Assembly (NCBI GenBank): GCA_964489545.1
Contig: CAZAZE010000001.1
Coordinates: 337,412-401,411 of the forward strand
Source of the DNA: an uncultured Bacteroidales bacterium
Lineage (GTDB): Bacteria > Bacteroidota > Bacteroidia > Bacteroidales > JAGOPY01
DNA: 64,000 nt
Direction of reading: 5' to 3'
Part shown: positions 57,126 through 64,000 of the stretch, in pieces
How the letters are laid out: each line of letters opens with the position of its first letter
How positions within the stretch are numbered: the first letter of the stretch is position 1
Translations under genes and position numbers: made by a program
The notes under the pieces: generated by a model
Told to the model about the DNA's origin: nothing
What the model saw: the letters and a program-made list of their open reading frames with translations, nothing else
Database searches by the model: none

Positions 57126-58097
57126 TCAGTCCAAAAGATATCGGTTATACCTGGCCAGAGAGGCCGGCAGCGGTGTATATCCCATTGGGGCGAGCTTATT
57201 CTGACCGGTCGTGATCATAAAATTAAGGAAATCCAGTAAAAGTGGATTTTCAGGCTTCTCTGGTGCGACCAGGTAAAGGTTCCGGCTGAGTTTGTGCGGA
57301 TAGGTGTTCATGCAGATGCTTTGCAGGAAATCATCCAATTGAGTACAGATCTGCTCCCGGTCTTCAATATCGCGGCTCATATTCAGGTCGAGCGGCAGAA
57401 ATTCCAGGTCTTCCAGTTTCTGGCCTGTATTCAGGTCGAAGGCTTCGTTCACGTTGCAAAAGCCCAGTCCGAGCGTATCCAGGCACACGGCCCGGATCAT
57501 TTCATTTTCGCCTACGACGGCCACCCCGGTGATTTCCCCGGGTTCCAAGAAGAGGAACCGGGCCACCACTTCGCCTACTCCCGAAGGATCGGCGCGATAA
57601 TAATGGTGCAGGTCTATCGCCCCCCGATTCCTGAGAAAAGCATCCCATGTTTTCATCTCCCGGGAAGTATAAATATTCTGCAGATCGCTGATTGTCAGCC
57701 CCTGTAACATAATCTGGCTGCGAAGCGGGTTATGACGGTTAAAAACGAACACTACGCCAGTTTTGGCGACAGGGATGGCAAAAAGGTCTTCCTCATCCGG
57801 TTTCAACGGGCGAGAGATCATGGCCACATCGCAGCGCCGATCATAAAGCATCTGAAGTGCGGAATCATGGCTCATGGGAATCACTGAAATTTCTGCGCCG
57901 GGTCTACTTCTTGCAAAATCTTCCGCACAGGCCTGGATGAAAGGTGCGAGGGCGTATGCGCCGCAGATAGTGATTTTGGGTTGGCCCTGGCTGGGAGGAT
58001 CGGCTGAAGCTCCTTTATCGGCCTGTTCGCCGCAACTGATCAGTATTGGGAGCAGAAAGATGAGCGCGATTCCAACGGATGGGCGATGGGGGTGCAT
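57126..58097 (-). CDS. PstS-like periplasmic substrate-binding lipoprotein (type 2 PBP fold)
   Basis: Lipobox (PILISC). ITICGAYALAPFI resembles PBP_like_2 proteins. Assignment is tentative. Confidence 0.5.
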   Translation of the reverse strand: MHPHRPSVGIALIFLLPILISCGEQADKGASADPPSQGQPKITICGAYALAPFIQACAEDFARSRPGAEISVIPMSHDSALQMLYDRRCDVAMISRPLKPDEEDLFAIPVAKTGVVFVFNRHNPLRSQIMLQGLTISDLQNIYTSREMKTWDAFLRNRGAIDLHHYYRADPSGVGEVVARFLFLEPGEITGVAVVGENEMIRAVCLDTLGLGFCNVNEAFDLNTGQKLEDLEFLPLDLNMSRDIEDREQICTQLDDFLQSICMNTYPHKLSRNLYLVAPEKPENPLLLDFLNFMITTGQNKLAPMGYTPLPASLARYNRYLLD

Positions 58098-58126
58098 GGG
58101 GATTTTTGTTCGAATTTAAAAAAAAT

Positions 58127-58155
58127 AACCTTGCAAGGGTTAAAACCCTTGCAGG
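58127..58155. repeat. REP-like hairpin, left
   Basis: ACCTTGCAAGGGTT / AACCCTTGCAGGT arms form a 12-13 bp stem with one bulge. Confidence 0.85.
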
Positions 58156-58202
58156 TCACCGGGTATATTTTCAATTTTTCCGGATTAATAGGAAAAAAGC
58201 CT

Positions 58203-58820
58203 ATGAAAGAATTAAATGCCTCATTAGTACCAGGTGGCTTCTACCATGTCTATAACAGGGCAAACGGGGATGAAGTCCTTTTCAGAAATTCCGGGAATTA
58301 CAAATATTTCCTGGAAAGCTATTATTCCTATATCAATCCGATAGCGCAGACCATATCATATTGTCTGATGCCTAATCATTTCCACTTCCTTATCCAAATA
58401 AGATCCGACCAGCACCTTATGGAAAATCTGGATAAAGAATGGATTCTCAGGAAGTCAAACTCCGTTTATGATTACGACAGAAAACTGAGCAAACTGCCGA
58501 GTCAGCAATTCTCGAACCTGTTCAATTCATATGCTTTATCATTTAATAAACAGCATAAAAGAAAAGGCAGCCTCTTCATCCGAAACTATAAAAGAATAAA
58601 GGTAAATACGGACACGTATCTTAGAGACTTGATTCTGTATATCCATTTAAACCCAGTTAAGGCAAATTATGCTCAATCTCCCGGGGATTGGGAATTCAGT
58701 TCATATGCCTCAATAATCAATAATAATGGTTCGTATGTGAATAAGGATATGTTAATTGACTTTTTTGAGGATATGAATAACTTTATCTTTGTCCACCAAA
58801 AAGCCCTGCAAGGGTTATAA
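58203..58820 (+). CDS. REP-associated tyrosine transposase (RAYT; IS200/IS605-like Y1 HUH transposase family)
   Basis: HUH motif in PNHFHFLI. Catalytic Tyr region YIHLNPVKANYAQSPGDWEFSSY. Start set at ATG 58203, because the ORF-track N-terminal extension merely translates the hairpin. Confidence 0.82.
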   Translation: MKELNASLVPGGFYHVYNRANGDEVLFRNSGNYKYFLESYYSYINPIAQTISYCLMPNHFHFLIQIRSDQHLMENLDKEWILRKSNSVYDYDRKLSKLPSQQFSNLFNSYALSFNKQHKRKGSLFIRNYKRIKVNTDTYLRDLILYIHLNPVKANYAQSPGDWEFSSYASIINNNGSYVNKDMLIDFFEDMNNFIFVHQKALQGL

Positions 58821-58833
58821 CCCTTGCAAGGTT
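58805..58833. repeat. REP-like hairpin, right (inverted copy)
   Basis: CCTGCAAGGGTTATAACCCTTGCAAGGTT. The RAYT stop codon TAA lies in its loop. Confidence 0.85.
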
Positions 58834-58846
58834 GAAATCTAACCCC

Positions 58847-60277
58847 ATGGACCGAGAAATCCTCAGCACCAACCGAAAAGCACTGAAAATCAACCTGAAT
58901 CCCAGTGTGTACGGTAGTTTCGCTGAAATAGGCGGCGGGCAGGAAGTCGCCAGGCACTTTTTCCAGGCCGGAGGCGCATCCGGCACCATCGCCAAAACCA
59001 TCTCAGCTTACGATAAAGCCTTCAGCGATGCGCTATATGAATGCAGCGAAACCGTACGTTATGTTTCCGAAGAACGGCTCAATGAAATGCTTGCCGCAGA
59101 ATACGAAGAACTCTCTTCAATCCTCGGTCAGTCGAGGGGTGGAAACACGCTGTTCTTCTCCTTCGCCAATACAGTGGAAACGCTCAATTACCAGAAAACC
59201 AACCGCGGGCATGGCTGGATCGGCATGCGTTTCCAACTCAGGCCCGAAACCCCGCCCAACCAGGTCATCCTTCATGTCAACCTCCTGGAAAACGACGGCC
59301 TGATGCAACAGGCGACACTGGGAATCCTGGGCGTTAATCTGATCTTTGCCTGTTTCATCTATTACGAATTCCCCAGCCAGTTCCTGCGCTCCCTGCTGGA
59401 TAATCTCTCCACCGACCGGCTGGAGATCACCATGATCCGGATGTCGGGACCCGACCTGGCGTATGTCGATAACCGCCTGCTGAGCGTTCAGCTCGTTAAA
59501 AACGGGATGACCAAAGCCATCATGTTCGACCGGCATGGAAATGTCAGGCAACCCTACGACATGCTGTACAAGAAAAATGTACTGGCTTTCCGGGGTAGCT
59601 TCCGGCCCGTAACCTACACCATGCTGGATATGCTCAGGACCAGTTACCGTATTTTTAAAAAAGACGAGGATTACGAAAAAGACAACACGATTTCCCTGTG
59701 TGAGATCACCCTCAATAACCTGATGCAGGAAGGGGATCTTGATGAGCGGGATTTCCTGGACCGGGTAGACTTGCTGAATGGAATGGGACAAAACGTGATG
59801 GTGTCCACCTTCCGGGAGTACTACAAACTGGTGGTCTATTTTTCGCAGTTCAGGATCCGAAAACTCAGGATCGTGATCGGGATCCCCACACTGATGAATT
59901 TCCTGGAGAAGAAATATTACACCGACCTGCGCGGCGGCATCCTGGAGGCCATGGGGAAATTCTTCATCGACAACATGAAACTGTATGTTTATCCCACCAT
60001 CTCTTCAGTATCCATCGATGATCCGACCAAAGGCGAAGAGCTCATTACCTCGGGAAATATCCTGCTGGCCGACGACATTCGCGACCTTTACCAGTACCTT
60101 ATCAAGAACAAGATGATCATTGATATTACCAATGTGAAGAAAGAATGGCTTTGGATCAACTCCCAGATTGTCATCAGCATGATCCGGGACGGAGTCCCTG
60201 GCTGGGAAGAAATGGTACCGAAGTATATTTCCGAAGAGATCAGGAAAAAGAAACTTTTCGGATATAAAGGCGATTAG
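58847..60277 (+). CDS. Conserved hypothetical protein (476 aa), function unknown
   Basis: Long ORF with gene-like composition and the N-terminal motif YGSFAEIGGGQEVARHFFQAGGASGTIAKTISAYD. Start set at ATG 58847, downstream of the hairpin. Confidence 0.65.
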   Translation: MDREILSTNRKALKINLNPSVYGSFAEIGGGQEVARHFFQAGGASGTIAKTISAYDKAFSDALYECSETVRYVSEERLNEMLAAEYEELSSILGQSRGGNTLFFSFANTVETLNYQKTNRGHGWIGMRFQLRPETPPNQVILHVNLLENDGLMQQATLGILGVNLIFACFIYYEFPSQFLRSLLDNLSTDRLEITMIRMSGPDLAYVDNRLLSVQLVKNGMTKAIMFDRHGNVRQPYDMLYKKNVLAFRGSFRPVTYTMLDMLRTSYRIFKKDEDYEKDNTISLCEITLNNLMQEGDLDERDFLDRVDLLNGMGQNVMVSTFREYYKLVVYFSQFRIRKLRIVIGIPTLMNFLEKKYYTDLRGGILEAMGKFFIDNMKLYVYPTISSVSIDDPTKGEELITSGNILLADDIRDLYQYLIKNKMIIDITNVKKEWLWINSQIVISMIRDGVPGWEEMVPKYISEEIRKKKLFGYKGD

Positions 60278-60288
60278 GCGGTCGATTG

Positions 60289-60315
60289 GCAGCAGTCAGC
60301 AGCCAGCAGTCAGCG
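60289..60315. repeat. Degenerate tandem heptamer array (GCAGTCA/CAGCAGT type)
   Basis: gcagcagtcagcagccagcagtcagcg begins 12 nt after the upstream stop. It is the same unit as the btuB-tail array (reverse complement of TGACTGC) and is followed by TTCATTAAA. Confidence 0.8.
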
Positions 60316-60373
60316 TTCATTAAATGACATTTCAATTTCAAGCTCAATCTAAACTATCAACTTTAAACTTAAC

Positions 60374-60401
60374 TTTGATCTTTGAACTTTGAACCTTGAA
60401 C
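60374..60401. repeat. Tandem heptamer array (TTTGATC, TTTGAAC x2, CTTGAAC), ending 4 nt before the rarA ATG
   Basis: Read directly from the sequence. Confidence 0.85.
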
Positions 60402-60405
60402 TGCA

Positions 60406-61671
60406 ATGTCCGTTCCTCTTGCAGAAATATTGCGGCCGAAGGGCCTGGATGATTTCCTGGGCCAGGAGCACCTGGTGGGAACGCATTCCATTCTCCGGAA
60501 AGTCATCGAATCGGGCAGGATCCCGTCGATGATCTTCTGGGGGCCGCCGGGCGTCGGGAAAACCACGCTGGCCCATATCATCAGCGGTCAGCTGGGCGTT
60601 CCTTTCTTCACGCTCAGCGCTGTCAGTTCAGGTGTTAAGGAGGTGCGCAGCGTCATCGAACAGGCCGGTGATTCTCCCACGGGGGCCATACTTTTCATCG
60701 ATGAAATCCACCGATTCAGCAAATCCCAGCAGGATTCGCTGCTGGGGGCCGTGGAAAAGGGCGTGATCACCCTGATCGGCGCCACTACTGAGAACCCGTC
60801 CTTTGAGGTCATCTCTCCCCTGCTGTCGCGCTGCCAGGTTTATATCCTGAAATCACTGGGCAAGGATGATCTGCTGAAATTACTCGCCAGTGCCATTTCA
60901 TACCTGGAAACACTGCACCAGAAAAAAATCAAACTGCAAGAGGATGAGGCCCTGCTGCGGATCTCCGGCGGGGATGCGCGCAAACTCCTTAATGCGCTTG
61001 AGCTTATCGTCAATACGGATATAAAGAACGATCCGATCGTCATCACCAACGAAAAAGCGCTGAGCATCATCCAGGAAAAACTGGCGATCTATGACAAGGG
61101 CGGCGAGATGCACTACGACGTGATCTCGGCCTTCATCAAATCGCTGCGCGGCAGCGATCCCAACGGGGCGGTCTACTGGCTGGCCCGGATGATCGAAGGC
61201 GGCGAGGACCCGCTCTTCATCGCGCGCCGGATGGTGATCCTGGCTTCGGAAGATATCGGAAACGCCAATCCCAACGCACTGCTGCTGGCCAATACCTGCT
61301 TCGACGCCATCCACAAGATCGGTATGCCCGAAGGCCGGATCATCCTGTCGCAAACGGCCGTCTACCTGGCCACTTCACCCAAGAGCAACGCATCGTACAT
61401 GGCGATCGAGGCGGCCATTGAAGAAACCCACCGGACGGGGGACCTGCCGGTGCCGCTGGCCATCCGCAACGCCCCGACAAGGCTGATGAAGGAGATCGGC
61501 TATGGGAAGAATTATCATTATGCCCATTCTTATGAAGGAAACTTCATTGAAATGGAATTCCTTCCTGATAAAATCAAAGGGAAAAAATTCTATGAACCAG
61601 GCAAAAACCGTAAGGAGGAAGAAATCCGGGCCTGGCTGAAGGCCAGGTGGAAGGAGAAATATGGCTATTAG
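60406..61671 (+). CDS. rarA: Replication-associated recombination protein A (MgsA/RarA AAA+ ATPase)
   Basis: Walker A GPPGVGKTT, Walker B ILFIDEIHRF, and the MgsA C-terminal domain (YDVISAFIKSLRGSDPNGAVYWLARM). Confidence 0.93.
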   Translation: MSVPLAEILRPKGLDDFLGQEHLVGTHSILRKVIESGRIPSMIFWGPPGVGKTTLAHIISGQLGVPFFTLSAVSSGVKEVRSVIEQAGDSPTGAILFIDEIHRFSKSQQDSLLGAVEKGVITLIGATTENPSFEVISPLLSRCQVYILKSLGKDDLLKLLASAISYLETLHQKKIKLQEDEALLRISGGDARKLLNALELIVNTDIKNDPIVITNEKALSIIQEKLAIYDKGGEMHYDVISAFIKSLRGSDPNGAVYWLARMIEGGEDPLFIARRMVILASEDIGNANPNALLLANTCFDAIHKIGMPEGRIILSQTAVYLATSPKSNASYMAIEAAIEETHRTGDLPVPLAIRNAPTRLMKEIGYGKNYHYAHSYEGNFIEMEFLPDKIKGKKFYEPGKNRKEEEIRAWLKARWKEKYGY

Positions 61672-61672
61672 C

Positions 61673-61707
61673 TTAAGGTTTAAGGTTTAAGGTTTAAGGT
61701 TTAAGTT
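61673..61707. repeat. Tandem heptamer array (TTAAGGT x4 plus TTAAGTT), starting 2 nt after the rarA stop
   Basis: Read directly from the sequence. It is the same unit as in the 39-nt dispersed element. Confidence 0.95.
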
Positions 61708-61732
61708 TAATTTTACACTAAGCCCTGAGCCC

Positions 61733-61774
61733 TAAACACTAAACACTAAACACTAAACACTAAACACTAAACAA
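61733..61774. repeat. Tandem heptamer array (TAAACAC x5 plus TAAACAA), ending 6 nt before the kdsA ATG
   Basis: Read directly from the sequence. Confidence 0.95.
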
Positions 61775-61780
61775 CATAAC

Positions 61781-62599
61781 ATGTTTGTTTTGCAAAACAT
61801 CCCCCGCCTGCATCACCATTCTTCGGGCAATTTTTTCCTCATCGCCGGCCCGTGCGTGGTTGAAAATGATACAACGCCCTTTCTCATTGCAGAGCAAGTG
61901 AAGGGTATCTGCGATAAATATCAGATCCCATACATCTTTAAGGCCTCCTTCAGGAAAGCCAACCGCACCCGGCTCGATTCATTCAGCGGGATAGGCGACA
62001 TCAAGGCCCTGGGCATCATCCGGCAGGTGGGTGAAAAATTTGCCATCCCCACGCTTACCGATATCCACACCGAAACGGATGCCGTGCGGGCGGCGGAATA
62101 CGCCGATGTGCTCCAGATCCCGGCCTTCCTCTGCCGGCAGACCGAATTGCTGGTCGCCGCCGCAAAAACCGGAAAAACAGTGAACATCAAGAAAGGCCAG
62201 TTCGTTTCACCCGAATCGATGAAATTCGCTGTCGACAAAGTCACTCAGTCGGGCAACCACAACGTGATCCTCACCGAACGAGGCACAACCTTCGGGTTTA
62301 ACGACCTGGTGGTCGATTTCCGGGGTATCCCCGTGATGAAAAGCCTTGGCGTCCCGGTTGTTTTGGATGTCACGCATTCCCTCCAGATCCCCAACCGCCC
62401 GGCCGGCACCTCCGGCGGGCATCCACAGTTCATCGAAACCCTCGCCAAAGCCGGAATTGCCGCCGGCGCCGACGGCATCTTCCTGGAAACCCACCCGGAT
62501 CCCGCATCGGCCAAATCAGACGGAGAAAACATGCTGCGGTTGGACTTCCTGGGACCATTGCTTGAAAAATTGGTCCGCGTGCGGAAAGCCATTTCCTGA
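61781..62599 (+). CDS. kdsA: 3-deoxy-8-phosphooctulonate (KDO-8-P) synthase
   Basis: 272 aa with FLIAGPCVVEN, KASFRKANRT, LQIPAFLCRQTELL and VLDVTHS motifs. Confidence 0.94.
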   Translation: MFVLQNIPRLHHHSSGNFFLIAGPCVVENDTTPFLIAEQVKGICDKYQIPYIFKASFRKANRTRLDSFSGIGDIKALGIIRQVGEKFAIPTLTDIHTETDAVRAAEYADVLQIPAFLCRQTELLVAAAKTGKTVNIKKGQFVSPESMKFAVDKVTQSGNHNVILTERGTTFGFNDLVVDFRGIPVMKSLGVPVVLDVTHSLQIPNRPAGTSGGHPQFIETLAKAGIAAGADGIFLETHPDPASAKSDGENMLRLDFLGPLLEKLVRVRKAIS

Positions 62600-62707
62600 G
62601 TCTTTAAAAAAAGAGTTAATGAAATGTTAAATCACCGGCACTTTGCCGAAGTGACCCGTTTTATATTTAATTTTACTATATCCTTATTAACCAATAAAGT
62701 TTAAAAC

Positions 62708-63130
62708 ATGCCAAGACTCCTCATGATCATTCCCGTGATCCTGCTGGTCGGCTCCTGTAAAACTGCACAATTCACCCATCCCGATGATGATTCCGGCCGG
62801 AAGATCATCATTGGCGAGGGCGGCGGGTTTACAGGCCAGACGACCAAGGTGATCCTTCTTGAAAACGGTCAGTATTTCTCCCAGACCGTTTATCCGCAGG
62901 GCACCACCGCCATCGGCACCCTTAAGCGAAAAGACACCAGAGAAATTTTTGAAAGATTCGACGAGTTGAATTTTACAGAGATCGATTTTCAGCATCCCGG
63001 CAATATGACCTACTTCATCGGTCATCAGTCTGAGGGCGCTTACCATGAAGTAAAGTGGGGCGATTCTTCATTTCCTCCGCCTGAGAAGATCACCTCTTTC
63101 TACCAGTTCTTCAGAAGTAAAGTAAAGTAA
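62708..63130 (+). CDS. Hypothetical lipoprotein
   Basis: Lipobox (LLVGSC), 140 aa. Confidence 0.55.
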   Translation: MPRLLMIIPVILLVGSCKTAQFTHPDDDSGRKIIIGEGGGFTGQTTKVILLENGQYFSQTVYPQGTTAIGTLKRKDTREIFERFDELNFTEIDFQHPGNMTYFIGHQSEGAYHEVKWGDSSFPPPEKITSFYQFFRSKVK

Positions 63131-63142
63131 ACCTTCATCATT

Positions 63143-64000
63143 ATGAAAAGATATCTACACCTTGCATTAGCACTGATCATCGTGCTCCTGCCCTTCGCTG
63201 CTGTCAATGCGCAGCAAAACCCATTCAAGGCCAAAGAAAAGGCGAAACTTACCGGCACGCCACCATTGCCTGGTCCGATGACGGCCACTCCTTATTCCGC
63301 TTTTACATCGCGACAGGCACCCGGGCAGATGCTGGCCGGGCCACCCGCCCAGGTCAATCTCGCCTCACTCACCCTCAATAAACTGGGCATGGCGCAGCAG
63401 AGATTCAATGATAACGGCCAGCTGATTTTCCTGGAGGGATCCGTTCCCGGCGCCATCAACCTGATTTCATCGGGCAGAGAATCGCTGGAATCAGCCTGTT
63501 ATCAATACCTTGAAGCCATCAAGCCGGCCCTGGGCATCAGGGAACCGGCTCAGGAATTCAAAGTGAAGACGGCGACGACCGACGAACTGGGGATGGACCA
63601 CGTGAAAATGCAGCAGGTTCACCAGGGTGTACCGGTGTGGTGCGCCGAAGTGGTGCTGCACAGCAGGAATAACGTTATCGACCTGTTCAATGGAAATTAT
63701 TATCCGACACCGGATGTTTCAACCGTTCCCACGGTCACCCGGGAAGCTGCTGTTAGCATTGCAACTGCGCAGATAGCATCTCAGACTCATTTCCGGGCAC
63801 TTTCCGTTGAGGAAAAAGAACTGCTCGGGTACGAACAGCCGCAGGCCTCGCTGGTTATCTACCACAAAGACCGCAACCCGCTCCAACCCAGGCTGGCCTG
63901 GCATGTCGCGATCCGTCCCAATTTCGCCCAGGAGTGGTATTGTTTTGTCGATGCTGCAGACGGAAGCGTCATTCATTTTTACAACAACACGCGTCACGAC
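63143..64000 (+). CDS. Secreted M4 (thermolysin-like) metalloprotease precursor, N-terminal pre-pro region only (runs off the window)
   Basis: Not in the ORF track because no stop is reached. The frame is open from ATG 63143 to the window end. Signal peptide MKRYLHLALALIIVLLPFAAVNA. FTP-type propeptide motif DELGMDHVKMQQVHQGVPVWCAEVVLH followed by a PepSY-like segment. Confidence 0.6.
   Translation, partial: MKRYLHLALALIIVLLPFAAVNAQQNPFKAKEKAKLTGTPPLPGPMTATPYSAFTSRQAPGQMLAGPPAQVNLASLTLNKLGMAQQRFNDNGQLIFLEGSVPGAINLISSGRESLESACYQYLEAIKPALGIREPAQEFKVKTATTDELGMDHVKMQQVHQGVPVWCAEVVLHSRNNVIDLFNGNYYPTPDVSTVPTVTREAAVSIATAQIASQTHFRALSVEEKELLGYEQPQASLVIYHKDRNPLQPRLAWHVAIRPNFAQEWYCFVDAADGSVIHFYNNTRHD

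Larger units (their letters stand above)
58127..58833 (+). mobile_element. REP-RAYT-REP unit: IS200-like Y1 transposase gene bracketed by inverted 29-nt hairpin repeats
   Basis: Left repeat AACCTTGCAAGGGTTAAAACCCTTGCAGG (58127-58155). The right repeat (58805-58833) is its reverse complement except for one loop base. The AT-rich gene lies between them. Confidence 0.7.

Noticed and set aside
58086-58202. The N-terminal extension of the RAYT ORF in the ORF track (start at 58086, overlapping the end of the PBP gene).
   Set aside because: The extension translates the REP hairpin (LQGLKPLQ) and overlaps the divergent upstream gene. The ATG at 58203 gives the conserved RAYT N-terminus (GGFYHVYNRANG).
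61673-61774. Possible CRISPR array, considered for this and the other tandem arrays.
   Set aside because: The units are 7-8 nt with no unique spacers between them. CRISPR repeats are about 24-48 nt and separated by spacers of similar length. No cas genes are present in the window.

Overview
This is a 64-kb chromosomal segment of a Bacteroidota (Bacteroidales-like) genome. It looks like mid-50s %GC by eye, with a few visibly AT-rich islets. The lineage call rests on four things: recurrent TAnnTTTG -7 promoter boxes, no Shine-Dalgarno sequences, the DUF3467 gene after rpoC and rpmG-DUF4295-ftsY, and the gene order rpsU-xer-hpf-tRNA(Thr,Tyr,Gly,Thr)-tuf-tRNA(Trp)-secE-nusG-rplKAJL-rpoBC. I call about 60 protein genes, 7 tRNAs, 2 tRNA-like fragments, one cobalamin riboswitch, and several terminators and promoter boxes. 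Most of the content is housekeeping: translation and transcription core, relA/spoT, floA-nfeD, clpS, pruA, rimO, ftsY, xerD, sucD, mnmE, rarA and kdsA. Accessory content comprises a BlaI/BlaR1-like pair with two operator palindromes; a B12 riboswitch-btuB-beta-propeller lipoprotein operon; an AT-rich astacin-FISUMP protease next to tRNA-Val; a secreted endonuclease I / lamin-tail-domain / CAP-SPOR trio; an unusually long KamA-type radical SAM protein; and a RAYT (IS200-like Y1 transposase) flanked by inverted REP hairpins. The feature I cannot explain with any described element class is the spacer architecture. Many intergenic spacers, and one site inside mnmE, are built from tandem 7-8 nt arrays placed exactly at stop or start codons. 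These include a conserved 39-nt element that supplies or abuts the stop codons of three unrelated genes. All functional calls come from motif recognition by eye. No database search, folding or GC computation was run.
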